A stretch of DNA of 64,000 nt, from the NCBI RefSeq assembly GCF_006345805.1, contig NC_043005.1, positions 60,884,001-60,948,000 of the forward strand, given 5' to 3'. Source of the stretch: Octopus sinensis. Taxonomy: Eukaryota. The position numbers were made by a program, and so were the translations under genes. The notes under the pieces were generated by a model. The model was not told the DNA's origin. It searched no databases and saw only the letters and a list, made by a program, of their open reading frames with translations. Shown piece after piece: positions 10,349 through 24,909 of the stretch. Position 1 is the first letter of the stretch, and every line of letters begins with the position of its first letter.

Positions 10349-10849
10349 AGGCTTTGGTGGGCCCAAGTTTATAGTAGAAAACACTTAGGTGCCACGCAGT
10401 GGAATACAGATGTGTATATAAATATTCATGTATTGTGTGTATGTGTACGCATATATTTATGCAGTTATGTACGCGTGTGCGTATATACCTGTGCACGCAC
10501 ATTTATACTATCTCAAACTTAATGCGTTTCTGTCGTAGCACTCTAAGTTAACTTAATCCTCTCGTATTTTTATGGTATGTAACTCCGCATCCCTTCATCT
10601 AACTATCTTTCGATCGATCGCTCATAGTCTCGTTTGATCGATTAGTCTGTTGGACGATGCGTTGGCTGTATGATCGGTTCTACGTTCGGTCGGTTTATCT
10701 GTGGATGTGTCTGTCTCACAAAGGTGTCTTTCTGTCAATCAAGTTAACTCTCCCATCTCATTCACCCATCTCATTCGGAATCTGTCTGTCTCTTCTTCTC
10801 CCACTTTACATATATGTTTGTGCGTGTGTGTATGTGCGTGTGTGTGTGT

Positions 10850-10885
<36 letters not shown>

Positions 10886-11005
10886 CGCGAGTGAGAGAGA
10901 GAGAATGCATATATAGTTGTATATATGTACATTTAGATATAGATAGATACATAGATAAATAGATAGATAGATAGATAGATACATACATACATACATAGAT
11001 AAATT

Positions 11006-11058
<53 letters not shown>

Positions 11059-11122
11059 TTAGGCAAGTAGCTAGTCAGATAGGCAGACAGACAGGCAGAC
11101 AGAAAGACAGACAGCCAGACAA

Positions 11123-11200
<78 letters not shown>

Positions 11201-11720
11201 GGATAGATCCATACATACATACATATATATATATATACATACATGCATAGATGCATGTATACATACATGCATACGGTCACATCGATAGACACATATATAG
11301 TTAGATAGAATTTGACAGAGAAAGCAAAATATATATATATCTATATACATACATAAATTTGTGTGCATGTAACGTGAATGTATATAGATGCTAACAACAT
11401 TATAAACCTAACCCAATCCGCATACAAAGCACGCAAAAACACACAACTGACAGACACACACAAACACACGCAAATGCAAAACCACGCACATATATACATG
11501 CATATCAACTAATATCTGTACGTGTGTGCGCGTATTAATAGCTAGATAGATTGACAGATGGATAGCCAGAGAGACAGACAGACAGATAAAAGAGGAGAAA
11601 GACAGACAACAGACAGACAGCCAGACAGAAAGTTAGAAAGATAGAAAGATAGATAGATAAATTTATTGATAGATACATAGATAGGAAGTTAGATAAATAG
11701 ATCTAAAGATAGAGGAAAGA
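10850..11720. repeat. Compound (GA)n/(GATA)n/(GACA)n/(TACA)n microsatellite region
   Basis: Direct inspection; source of the 'YLSIYLSI' ORFs. Confidence 0.95.
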
Positions 11721-11768
11721 CAAATATATAATAAATACACATATATACACATATATATTTGTGTGTGT

Positions 11769-11815
<47 letters not shown>

Positions 11816-12634
11816 TACTTGCAGACATAATATATATAGCTACACATATATAAGCAAGCACCAAACACACTCCTATGTATGTATGTGTGTCTATATAGTT
11901 ATATATTTAAACGAACGCGTCTATCATTAATCACTGTCTATTTCACAGTTATTTCATTCATTCATCTGCTCATTCATCTGCTCATTCCTTCACTCGTTTT
12001 CTCGTTTTACCCATTCAGTTATTCGTTCATTCCGTCGCCTGCTCATTCTCTTATTCATTTCATCCATTCGCTCTATCATTTCACTGTTTGTTCGTTTGGA
12101 CGGCGGCTTTATATGACTACAACGTAACACCATACTCATCGATACTCACGCAAATGCGCGCACATACACTGCACCGTCGAATCGCACGTGCAAACGTACA
12201 CACACATCGCATGTACGGACATATATTCACGCACTTACGGATGCACATACATATACACACCTAAACAGACAAACATCAAAGAACTTATATCCATCCATAT
12301 AAATATATATATATATACATAAATATATATGCGCGCGTGTGTGTGCGTTTGTGTGCACAGTATTTACTTTGTAAAAATGTACGATATTTAGAACAAAATA
12401 GTTATTTTTAAAATGTGGAAATTTTACTTGATATTAGGGATGTTTAGGTCTCAAAGTTAGAGTTAACATTATCTCTCATAGCATTTTACACGTGTATTTT
12501 ACTCATAAATACATACATTTGTGCACATAATCCTACACACATACGGACACACACACGTATATATCTCTTTACATACATGTACAAACACACATCCTGTGTA
12601 CAGCCGTATTCTACATACATATAAGTATACATAT

Positions 12635-12795
12635 TTTCTTATTGCCCACAAGGGGCTAAATACAGAGGGGACAAACAAGGACAGACAAAGGGATTAAGTC
12701 GATTACATCGACTCCAGTGCGTAACTGGTACTTAATTTATCGACTCCGAAAGGATGAAAGGCAAAGTCGACGTCGGAGGAATTTGAACTCAGAAC
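12635..12795 (-). mobile_element. SINE family A, 5'-truncated, tail type 1
   Basis: tttcttattgcccacaaggggctaaa...ggacagacaaagggattaagtcgattacatcgac...gaatttgaactcagaac. Confidence 0.88.
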
Positions 12796-13951
12796 ATATA
12801 AATATACATACAAATACATTCATTCACACACACACATACACATACATATACATACAAACACACACATACATAATATATACATACATACAGACAAACAGAC
12901 AGACAAACAGACAGACAGAAGGACAGACATGTACAGACAACATAATAGGAAATACCGAAGTGTATGCTCGTCCGAGTAAAAGTGAAAGAAATATCAAAAG
13001 TAACTGAAGCAACAGCGAGGAGTAAAAGAACAACTACAATAATAACAAGACGAATTACTAACGGAAAGAATATCCTTAACTTCATCATAACAACAATAGC
13101 CACAAGTGTAATAACAACAACAACAACAACAACAACAACACAATGATATTTTGCCGGTAATTTCACTGCCATGTGATCTAAAGAAACTATGGAAGGCTTG
13201 AATATGAGTTTGTTACTATATCTTACAACCTTCCAACATGTTGCTGTTTGCTAGCGCTGCGGTGTAATAAGCAACTCCTGGAGAATTCCCCACGTTCTCA
13301 ACAGACAACCAACCGCTTCTTTCCCACCTCTCTCTCCTCTCTCTCTCTCCCTTTCTCTCTCTTTCTCACTCCCTCTTTTCCTTACTCTGTCTTTCTCTCC
13401 TTTTCTCTATCTTTCATTCCTCCTTCTCCTCCTCTCTCTATCTTTCATACAGACGCTATCTTTTTTTCGGCGCTCTTTTTATCTTTCTGTCGTTCATTTT
13501 TTTCTGCATCTGATTTATTTGCCTTCATTTTGTTTTTTCTTTTTTTTTTTCTTTTTAAATATATTCATTATTTATTTGTTTATTTATTTATTCATGTATA
13601 TTCATTCATTCATTCATTCATTCATTATCGGTCGTCAACCTCCCCCCGCTACCTGCCTAATCTCCACAAACTTCTCCGCACGTTATTCCAGGAACAGCAC
13701 TACCACCAACATCACCACCACCACCACCAACAACAACAACAACCAACACACCTCCCACATTCCGTTACACGCTACAGTCAACTAGCCAATCCAACATAAC
13801 GAACGCATCTCACTAACAAAGAACAACAAACATCTACACATACACACACACACGCACATACACACGCATACACACATACATACATATATATATATATGTA
13901 TGTATTTATATAAATATATATATACATATATATAAATACATACATATATAT

Positions 13952-13993
<42 letters not shown>

Positions 13994-14338
13994 GTGTACG
14001 CACGTCTGTGTGTGTGTGTGTCTGTGTGTATGTGTACATATGCGTATCCGTGCATACACATAGGCATGCTCGCTGTATATTTACACAACATAGCACAACT
14101 ATCTTTCGGAAACCGTCTCAGCAACACGCACGAAAGGAAATCACTTTGTATACATTGATGCATTAAAAACAAAACAACGACAGCAATTTTAACCGCGAGA
14201 CTTGGCAACTTTTATTCCTTATCCACTTTATATCTTACTGCAATATTTATTTTAAATACACTCAAGTTACATACGTAAATACATACATACACACACACAT
14301 ACACACATACATACATACATACATACATAATATATATA

Positions 14339-14394
<56 letters not shown>

Positions 14395-14629
14395 TGTTAT
14401 CACAACGTGAACAAAATATAAACTCAACTAGAATTAAAAAAAAAGAAAAACGTTATATACACGGAGCATTAAGTCGTCTTCCTAAAGACGAATGTAACAC
14501 ATTTTTCTGCTACTGGTCTCTTTTTAAAACAAAAACATTATAATCGGTAAGTACAGCTTAATGTTTGTTTATTTTTGTCCAGAAATATCTCACTTTCACG
14601 CCGTGTTTTCATTGATTATATATCACTGT

Positions 14630-14979
<350 letters not shown>

Positions 14980-14980
<1 letters not shown>

Positions 14981-15115
14981 GGGTTCGCATTTCGCTGCGG
15001 TCGACTTTGACTTTCATTCCTTCGGCGTCGATAAAATAAGTACCAGTTTTGTACTGGTATCGATATAATCGACTTATCTTCTCGCCGGATATTGCTGGTC
15101 TTGTGCAAAAATATG

Positions 15116-15161
<46 letters not shown>

Positions 15162-15351
15162 TGTTATGTTTAGCGGTATTTCGCGCGTCGTTACATTCCG
15201 AGTTCAAATACTGCCTAGGTCGATTGTGCCTTTCACCCTTTCGGGGTCGATAAATTAAATACCAGTGACATACTGGTGGTCGATGTAATCGACTAGTCCC
15301 CTCCTCCAAAATTTCAGACCTTGTGCTTTTAGCTTGAAAGGGTTATTATTA

Positions 15352-15399
<48 letters not shown>

Positions 15400-15908
15400 C
15401 ATTATTATTATTATTATACTATTATATTATTATTATTATTATTATCATTATTATTATTATTATGAAGGCGGCGAGCTAGCAGAATCGTTAGACCTCCTAC
15501 AAAACGTTCAGAGGCATTACATCCGTCTTCGCAGGTTCTGTGTTCGAATTCCACCGAGGCCGATATTGCCCTTCATCCTTTTGGGAACGATGAAATAAGT
15601 ACCAGTTGAACACTGGTGTCGCTATAATTTTTTAGCCCCTCCCCCTAAATTTGAAGACTTGGATCATTTTTATTTTTATTATATGTCAAAATGGTGAAAG
15701 CATTAATAAAATAGCGTGAATATTATTATTATTTTTTTTTTCATTTCCGATCCTTTCCGTTCCGAGTTCCCAAATTGCGGTGGTCAACTTTGCATTTCAA
15801 CCTTTTGTACTTGATGAAGTAAAATACTAGTCAAGTACTATGCCTAAAAGTATCGATTCCTCCCCACAATCCCTCAAAGTTGCTGGCCTTGTGCAAAAAC
15901 TAGGCGGA

Positions 15909-15910
<2 letters not shown>
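14980..15910 (+). mobile_element. Head-to-tail array of about four SINE family A copies separated by (ATC)n/(ATT)n
   Basis: Core gtcgactttg.ctttcatcc.ttcgg.gtcgata.aataagtaccag recurs near 15000, 15220, 15560 and 15785. Each copy ends ...ccttgtgc...gaaag followed by an att-rich run. Confidence 0.85.
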
Positions 15911-15970
<60 letters not shown>

Positions 15971-16096
15971 TAATCATACACACGTACAAACACACACACG
16001 TGTATATATATATATTAGTATATATATGTGTATATATATATATATATATATAGATACATACATATATATGTATGTATGCACATATATGTATATTAT

Positions 16097-16130
<34 letters not shown>

Positions 16131-16554
16131 GTACGTATACACACAGAGACATATATATATATATATATATGTATGTGTGTATGTATACATGTGTGTGTTG
16201 TAGAAGCAATAGATTTTCTTTCAGATGTGTTGTCTTGAAAACACGATCCCGATCTAGTTTATATCAAGGTTATTTCTCTGTACGTGTGTGCGTGTGTGTG
16301 TGTGTGTGTGTGAGTGTGTGTGTTTGCGTGAATATGACTGTGCATGCATATGTGCATGCGGCTTGTTTTTACTTATGGTTTGAAATAACTAGCAAGGTAC
16401 TATGCTATTTAAAAACGGAACTTTATCATGTAAAACAAACAGTAAAGGTTCATAGGAAAATATTTTAAAAAGAAACAGCATTGTTACTAGAGCACGTACG
16501 TGTTTTCAATAAGGCATACAGACACGAGTGACTGACTATAAGAATATGTAGTCA

Positions 16555-16577
16555 GATAAATAGAGAGATAGACTGAG

Positions 16578-16636
<59 letters not shown>

Positions 16637-16691
16637 TGCATCTAGACTGTCAGAAAACCAGATAGATACATAGGTATATAGATAGATAGAA

Positions 16692-16733
<42 letters not shown>

Positions 16734-16796
16734 ACAGTTAGACAGACAGACTGACAGACAGACAGATAGATAGATGGATAGATAGATAGATGGATG

Positions 16797-16878
<82 letters not shown>

Positions 16879-16973
16879 GACAGACAGACAGACAGACAGA
16901 CAGATAGATAGATAGATAGATAGATAGATATATAGATAGATATATAAATAGATATATAGATAGATAGATAGAC

Positions 16974-17060
<87 letters not shown>

Positions 17061-17123
17061 CAAATAGATAGACAGACAGAAAGACAGACAGAGAGACAGA
17101 CAGTCAGACAGACAGACAGACAT

Positions 17124-17201
<78 letters not shown>

Positions 17202-17425
17202 GGATGGACAAACAAGCAGTGACAGACACAAAGGCAGATGGATAGTTAGATAGACAGATAGACAAACTGAGGAATAGACATATAGACCGATATATGGATA
17301 GCCAGAGAGAGAGAGAGAGAGAGAGAGAGAAACGGATAGAGCGAAACAGACAAAGCAGACAGGCGGGCAGACAGACAGATAGACAGGCCGAGGGATAGTT
17401 AAATAAATAGACAGACAGACAGACA
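16555..17425. repeat. Long (GATA)n/(GACA)n/(GA)n array
   Basis: Direct inspection; explains the 258-aa low-complexity ORF 16650-17426. Confidence 0.95.
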
Positions 17426-17605
17426 TATGCTTACATACTTATGATTAATGTAACCTCGTGTGTGTGTGTGTGTGTGTAAGTGTGACTTTTTCTGCGTGAA
17501 TGTTTCTGTACGAACGAATATGTATATTCGTGTGTGACTTTTCGTTTTTACTTATATATTATGTGTGTGTGTCCGTGTGTGTGTGTGTGTCCGTGTGTGT
17601 GTGTG

Positions 17606-17650
<45 letters not shown>

Positions 17651-17753
17651 GTTTGTGTTTGAATTTATGTAGCTGCACACGCACACACACACACACACAA
17701 ACAACCCCGGTCTTCCCCCTGCGAACACACGCAGGTGCATGGACGCACAGGCG

Positions 17754-17829
<76 letters not shown>

Positions 17830-17992
17830 GTATGTATTTATATATATATATATATGCGTGTCTTCCGTATGTGTTGCATGTGTGTGGGAGTAGGGGTATG
17901 TACTTCACTTATTTTGTTTATGCGGTTTCATTGTAATATTTGCGTGTTAATGCTTTCATTTATTGTTGCTGGTATTGTTGTTGTTGTCAACT

Positions 17993-18783
17993 GATGGTGA
18001 GCTGGGAGAATCGTTAGCACGCCGGGAGAAAATTTTACCGAGATTTCGTCCGTCTTGACGCTCCGAGTTCAAATTCCGCCGATGTCGACTTTGTCTTTCA
18101 TCCTTTCGGGGGGCGATTAAATAAGTACCAGTTACGCACTGGGGTCGATGTAATCGACTAAATCCCTCACCCTACCAACTTGTGTCCTTGTGCTTCCATT
18201 AGAAAGGATGATAATTATAAATGTTATTATTTTACTCTCGGTGAGTCGAAAAAAACTAGCGCAACGGTTGCGATCTTTGGTAATTTATTGGAATGAATCT
18301 TCACATCTAAGTCCATATACAATCAGGTTTGATTATGCTATACGTCCTTCTGAAGGTGGAGGTGGGGAGTGAAATAAAATTAAGAATCAATAAAAGTACT
18401 GACAAAAATCGATCTCACTGACAAGAACTGGCACTCACCAATATTTATACCATTGCACTTTTTTTATTGTTATTATTATTATTACTATTATTGCAGTCTA
18501 TTGTTAACAACTACAACAAAATCAACAACAGCAAAAAGAACAACAACCATAACAATAATTGATTTTTCGTACAAGGTTCATAATGAGGTGTTATTTGATG
18601 ACATTCACCCTAGTATTTCACGGGTACTTTTCTAACTATTCCGAAAGGATGAAAAGAAAAGTTGACCTCGACGCATTTGAACACAGAACGTAAAGAAACA
18701 GAATATTACTAAGCATTTTGCCTGACGCGCTAACGATTCTGCCAGCTCACCACCTTAACAACAAGAACAACAAAATGATTCCC

Positions 18784-18830
<47 letters not shown>

Positions 18831-19335
18831 TAATAATAATAATAATAATAATCTTCGTATTATATTACTTCCTATTTCTTTAGCGCCAAGTTCGATTTTA
18901 CCTTTCATCATTTCGGTTTCAATAAAATAATATCAATCGAAAACTGGATTCGATGTAATGAATTAGCACTTCTCTCGAAATTTCAGACTTTGTAGTAGAA
19001 AGAATTATTTCTTAGTCCATTCGAAGTCCATTTCCCGCCGAGGCCAACTTTATCTTTTTTCCTTCCTGGGTCGATGAAATAAAGTACCAGATAAGTTCTG
19101 GGATGGATGATATCTACTACTCCCACTCCAAATCGTTCGCTTTTGAGTTTAAATCAGGAGTCGTTCTGATAATTATTATCTTCTCCAGATTTTTATATTC
19201 TGAGTTCATATCCCGCTAGAGTCAAGTTTGCCTTTCACCCCCCATTCAGGGTATCAGCTTCAAGAAGCATGAAGCAAACACAAGTGCCCATGAACCCAGC
19301 TCCTCTTAAAATTGCTGGCCTTGTACCAACATAAG
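17993..19335. mobile_element. Cluster of SINE family A copies (plus at ~17993-18220, minus at ~18600-18760, further degenerate plus copies to ~19335)
   Basis: gatggtgagctgggagaatcgttagcacgccggg..gagttcaaattccgcc..tggggtcgatgtaatcgact, and degenerate repeats of the same core; (AAT)n at ~18785-18850. Confidence 0.8.
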
Positions 19336-19904
19336 ATACCATAAATGTTATTATTGATTCCTAAGAACATGTATGTTTATCATTTATACATGTATTTCAT
19401 TAAAATTTACAATAATTTTTTAGTTATCATATTTATGAAGAAGTACAATGTGTTACTAACTGACATCATATCACTTACGTTATACGTTGTACTACACACA
19501 CACACACATATATGTGTGTATAAATGGGAGCGCACGTTCGTCCGTGTCTGGAATTGTATATGTTTATTTATTATACTTATATAATTTGTATTCGGTATAT
19601 GTATTTTTTGTATATATACGTACAGAAACGTGCACAAGCATGTAACTGTAAACGCACACTCATATTTACTCATACATACACAAGCATACGCGCTCAAATA
19701 CAGCCATATATACATACTTGCATATGTGTTGTGTGCATATATGTATAAATACATATAAATAAACAAGAATATGGGCATTTATGTATACACACCCATATAC
19801 ATGTGTATATATATATATATGTGTGTAATTATATGTGTATATATATATATGTACAAACATGTGTGTGCGTATATATATATGTACAAACATGCATATAAAC
19901 ATAG

Positions 19905-19953
<49 letters not shown>

Positions 19954-20203
19954 CATATGTATTGTAATAGACGGTGTACCGCAAGTGTTTATGACATTCG
20001 ATACTTCAGACTGCAAGTCTGTTCTTGCACGCTCTATAGAATATTCTATTTTGGTTTTTCAGCCAGGGATTATGTCAGAAAGGCATGGTAGCCTCACCAT
20101 CTCCTTTGATTATCCTAAAAAGCATTTGGAGGCATGCAACCTATTTATGAACTTATGACAATATTCTTTGCTTCTGTTTTCATTTACTTATTTATTTATA
20201 TAT

Positions 20204-20234
<31 letters not shown>

Positions 20235-21089
20235 TTCATGTCGTTTATCATAGTTCCTATCGTGCATGCCGGTGGTGAGCAGGATTCCCATTGTGACTTT
20301 CTCGGCAAGTCTTAAAACAGATAGATAGATATCTATATATCTATATATATATATATATCTCGTTTCCATACATCAACTCTATTTCAAAGCTGTATAGTGT
20401 CACTTGTGGTATATATATGACTGCTATATTTAGCTGAATGTGCTACCATGTTAAAGCTCTCCTTTTATTCTTTTATTTTATTTTTGCATTTCATTTGTTT
20501 TTTTTCTAGTTGTAATATCTATTTTGAAAGCTGAGTGTCTTGAAACACAGCGGAAGAATAACTACCAAGCTATAGCAATTGTTATTGTGTAACTAGAGGT
20601 CAATCTTCGTCGAGGAACACTACAATTATAGACAGTCCACCCATGCCCATCCAACCTTTATGCAAAATATTATCTAGCGTGTCTCCCTTGTCGTATTTAA
20701 AACCAAACTTGTTGAGTATGAATTTGAGAGAGATTTAGCTGCTGTTTGTAATAGAGCAATCGACAACATACTCGATCCCCGGTTTCTTGATGATGAGAGA
20801 GAAAGTAGTCAGTAATCCTGTTTTACCGCCTGATATTACTAGATTTCTCTTTCGCTTAACGTTAGAACTCTTTCAGTGTAAAGTATGGATGGATAGTAGT
20901 GACACTACTTCTCACTAACTGTGCATGTTGCAAAAACTTTCCCCGAGGTAAGAATAGTAACGTTTGAATAAAGAATATTTTCATTGAACGAATATTTCAT
21001 GATATGGAAATCTATAGTTATAATAATAATTGTTATTGTTGTTGTTGTCATGGTTGTTGTTGTTGTTATTGAGGATAATGATGTTTATT

Positions 21090-21313
21090 CAATCTTGCCG
21101 GCGCCAGCTTTGCCTTTAATCCTGTCGCAGTCGATAAAATAAAGTCCCAGTGAAATATTGGGGCAGATTTCATCGAATAACCCTGGCAACCCTCGAACTT
21201 TAGACCCATTGTCTATGCATTACAAACAACTGTTTTGCCTTTTATTTAGATTCACACAAATGCATAGACACAAAGAGTCGCATGTGTATATGTGTGTGTA
21301 TGTTTGTACGTAG

Positions 21314-21356
<43 letters not shown>

Positions 21357-22090
21357 TACATACACGCAAACATGTATATGTATGTGTGTACGTGTGTATG
21401 TATGTATGTATGTATGTATGTAATTTATGTATTTTTGTATATGCGCACACATGGTTGTATGTATGTGTGAGTGTAGGCCTTCCGGCAATTCTGTTCCTAT
21501 TATCTTTTTTCTTTCTTTCTAACTCTCTTTACATTCCGTGTTCAAATCCCGCTGAGATCATATTTTGTTTTTCATCCTTTCGGAGTCAATAACGTAAGTG
21601 CCAGTGAGATATTGAGATTCGGAGTAATCAACTCACCCAACACTCACTAATATTACTGGCTTGGGGCCAAAATTTGAAACAATTACTATTTTTGCCGATT
21701 GGCACGGGTAATTTCTCAAATATCGGTTCATCGACATTCCTGATCTGCATCAGTCAGCATCACCATCTTCCTCATCATCACCATAGTCGTCGCCATTGTC
21801 GTTGTCAACATCATCATCATCATCTTCAACGTAGTCGTCGTTGCCGTCGTCGTTATGGTGATCGCTGCCAACAATATCATTATGAGCACGGTCACCATTA
21901 TTCTCCACGTTAACATTAGTAATTAAATCATTTCGTCTGCCGTTACATTGTGAGTTCAAATTCCGCCGAGGTCGACTTTGCCTTTCATCCTTTTGGGGTC
22001 GATAAGTTAAGTACCACTTACGCACTGGGGTTGATGTAATCGACTTAATCTCTTAGTCTTCCTTGTTTGTCCCCTCTATGTTTAGCCCCT
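21090..22090 (+). mobile_element. Three SINE family A fragments (~21090-21200, ~21520-21670, ~21925-22090)
   Basis: Core motif gagttcaaattccgccgaggtcgactttgcctttcatcc is intact at ~21950-21990. Confidence 0.8.
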
Positions 22091-22420
22091 GTGAGCAGTG
22101 CTTGTGTGTGTGCGTGTATGTGTGTGTGTGTGTGTGTGTATGTGTGTACGTGCGTGTGTGATGTTCTTTAGAAAGTTTATAAAAATTCTTATGACAACCA
22201 CAGCATACGATTCTCCTTGTTAAGTATAAAGTTACTAAAACAATCAAATTTAGAGGATTTCTGTGGCTGAATTGCACATCGCTTATTGCATTTAAAGGAG
22301 ATTCAGGTTCGAGTCCCAAGCGCATCTTTCGACTTTTTTCCATATTTTAACCCAATATTTATAGGCTATCATTTATAGCCTGTATGCTTCCAGATCCAAC
22401 ATTCCAAAAAGCAATTATAC

Positions 22421-23195
22421 AGGCGTGGCTGTGTAGTAAGAAGCTTGCATCCCAACATATAGACCACGGTTATGTCCCACTGCGTGGCACTAATGTCCTC
22501 TACTATTGCTTCGGGCCGACCAAAGTGTTGTGAGTAGATTTGACAGACGGAAACTGAAAAGAAGCCCATTGTATATATCACGTGTGTGTGTCTTTTTGTT
22601 TGTGTTTGTCCCCTATCATTACCTGACAACCGACGTTGGTGTGTTTACGTCCTCGTAATCTATCGGTTCGGCAAAACTGACCGATAGAATACACTAGCAG
22701 TATCGCCCGGCGTTGCTCAGGTTTGTAAGGGAAATAACTATAAAGCATTTTTAGAGAGTTATAGCCAAAAAATAGCAAAAAAATGGAAAAAAAATTATGG
22801 TAAATTTTTTTTTGAGAGTTAAAAAAGGTGGAGTTGCGTCCCCTAGACGGTCTGTGGTTTAGGTTTCTGATTCTCGACCCCATGTCGAATTTATCGATTT
22901 TTTTCAGAACTGGGGGAACTTTTCAAAATTTTCGCTGCGTTAGTTTTGAATTATGACATTGGGCTATGTGTGTGTCAAGTTTCATCAGAATCGGTTGAAA
23001 GCCGTGGTCAGAGTGAGGGTACAACCTAACAGACACACAGAAACACACACAGACAAACTGCCGTTTATATAGAGAGAGATACTAAGCTTACAAAGAATAA
23101 GTCCTGGGGTCAATTTCTCGACTAAAACCTTTAAGGCGGTACTCCAGCATGGCCGCATTTAAATGATTGAAACAAGTAAAAAAAGAATAAAAGAA
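22421..23195 (+). mobile_element. SINE family B interrupted by a Helitron insertion
   Basis: SINE sequence stops at ...gaccgatagaataca (22693) and resumes at tactaagcttacaaagaataagtcc (23080). Confidence 0.85.
22694..23079 (-). mobile_element. Non-autonomous Helitron (386 bp)
   Basis: Minus strand reads A|TCTCTCTCTATATAAACGGCAG...CTGAGCAACGCCGGGCGATACTGCTAG|T: 5' TC, 3' CTAG with an upstream GC-rich hairpin-like motif, inserted between A and T without a TSD. Confidence 0.85.
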
Positions 23196-23541
23196 AATGT
23201 ATGTATGTGTGTGTGTGAGTGTGTTTGTGTATGTGTTTGTGTGTGTGTTCCATTAAACATTTTGTTATATTTCTGAAGACATCTTGACAACTTGAAGTCA
23301 AGCGTTAGATGACTAAACTTCTGAAACTTTTAAAGAAAACCGTGGTCATGCCGATCATACATAATATAAGGACGCACATTTTGTTCTCTCGTTTAAATTC
23401 GAGTGAATTTGTTTGCTGCTGGGATTCAAAACTTGCACGCAAGCTCCGTTTTTGCCCAGGTGACACCTATCCCCTCCTGATCAATATCCTATTATTTCGG
23501 ACAGAAGATTCTTGTTATTCTGATCAATATTTTAAGTCTTA

Positions 23542-23965
23542 TTAGCACGCCGGGCAAAATACTTAACGGCATTTTGTCTGCGGCTACGTTCTGAGTTCAA
23601 ATTCCGCCGAGGTCGACTTCGCCTTTTCATCCTTTCGGGGTCGATAAAATAAGTACCAGTTCATAACTGGGGTCAATGTAATCGTCTTTCCCTCTCCCTA
23701 CAAATTCAGGTCTTGTACCTATAGCAGAAAGGATTATTAACGATATCATCAGGTGGCTCTATCGAGCTGGAAGATTCGTTTCCGCACCGGACAAAATGAT
23801 TAGGCAGCATTTTGTCCATCCTCACGTTCGGAGTTCAAATTCTGTCGAAGTCGACTTTAGTTTTATTCAGTTTGGGTTCGGCAAAATAAGCATTAGCTGT
23901 ACATTGAGGTCGATGTCATCGACTTACTCCCTCCCTTGCAATTGCTGGCCTTGTGCCAACATTTG
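23542..23965 (+). mobile_element. Two tandem SINE family A copies, tail type 2
   Basis: ttagcacgccgggc..gagttcaaattccgccgaggtcgac..; a second, more diverged copy starts at ~23750. Confidence 0.85.
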
Positions 23966-24033
23966 AAACCTTTAGCAATGATATCCTATGTATATATAAT
24001 CGAAATTTTAACCATAGATCGGACAACCACTTC

Positions 24034-24061
<28 letters not shown>

Positions 24062-24068
<7 letters not shown>

Positions 24069-24340
24069 CTTTCTTTATTCTTTCATTTGTTTCAATCAAT
24101 TTACTCTGGCGATGCAGGAACGCCGCCTTTAGTCGAACAGGACTTATTCTTTGTAAGCCTAGTACTGGTTCTATCGGTTCCCGCTTAGTTACGGGGAAGT
24201 GAGGACAAACACAGACACACAAACATACACGCACACACACATATATATATATACGACGAGCTTCTTTCAGTTTCCGTCTACCAAATCCACTCACAAGGCT
24301 TTGGTCAGCCCGAGGCTATAGTTGGCCAAGGTGCCACGCA
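24062..24340 (-). mobile_element. SINE family B with internal deletions
   Basis: ttcagtttccgtctaccaaatccactcacaaggctttggtcagcccgaggctatag..ccaaggtgccacgca. Confidence 0.85.
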
Positions 24341-24395
24341 TAGATACATACATACATGCATACATACATACACACGCACATACACACACACACAC

Positions 24396-24463
<68 letters not shown>

Positions 24464-24909
24464 GCCACGCACGTACACATGTACACGCAGACCCGGATAT
24501 TTGCGTATGAGAGGTTTTATGCGTGTGGGCGTGTGTATATTCAAGAGCATATTAGTGTGTTGTATGTTTGAGATTGTTGCTTCGCAATCACCGAATTCCC
24601 GGTTTGATCTCACTCTGCGGTTGAAGGAACTGCAATACCAATACTGTATGAGTGTAATTTCGTTGATGTGAACTGCTCAAAAGATACGCCATGTATGAAT
24701 GCATTCGTGTTTATGCTTGCGTTTTGTAACTAAAAATTGCCATGGATTTTCATAGTGTCTGTTTTGGTCCCGTAAATCAGAAGTTCGATGAACTGATAAT
24801 GATAAGTATGTACCGAGTGAAATAAGCCCTGGGATCGATATAATAAGATGAATCTTTGCAGGTGGTACACCAGCATTTCCAATGAATGTGACCAATATAT
24901 ATGTATATA

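Noticed and set aside
22262-22325. tRNA-like A/B boxes (gtggctgaattg..ggttcgagtcc)
   Set aside because: Acceptor and T stems do not pair; at most a decayed SINE head or tRNA pseudogene.
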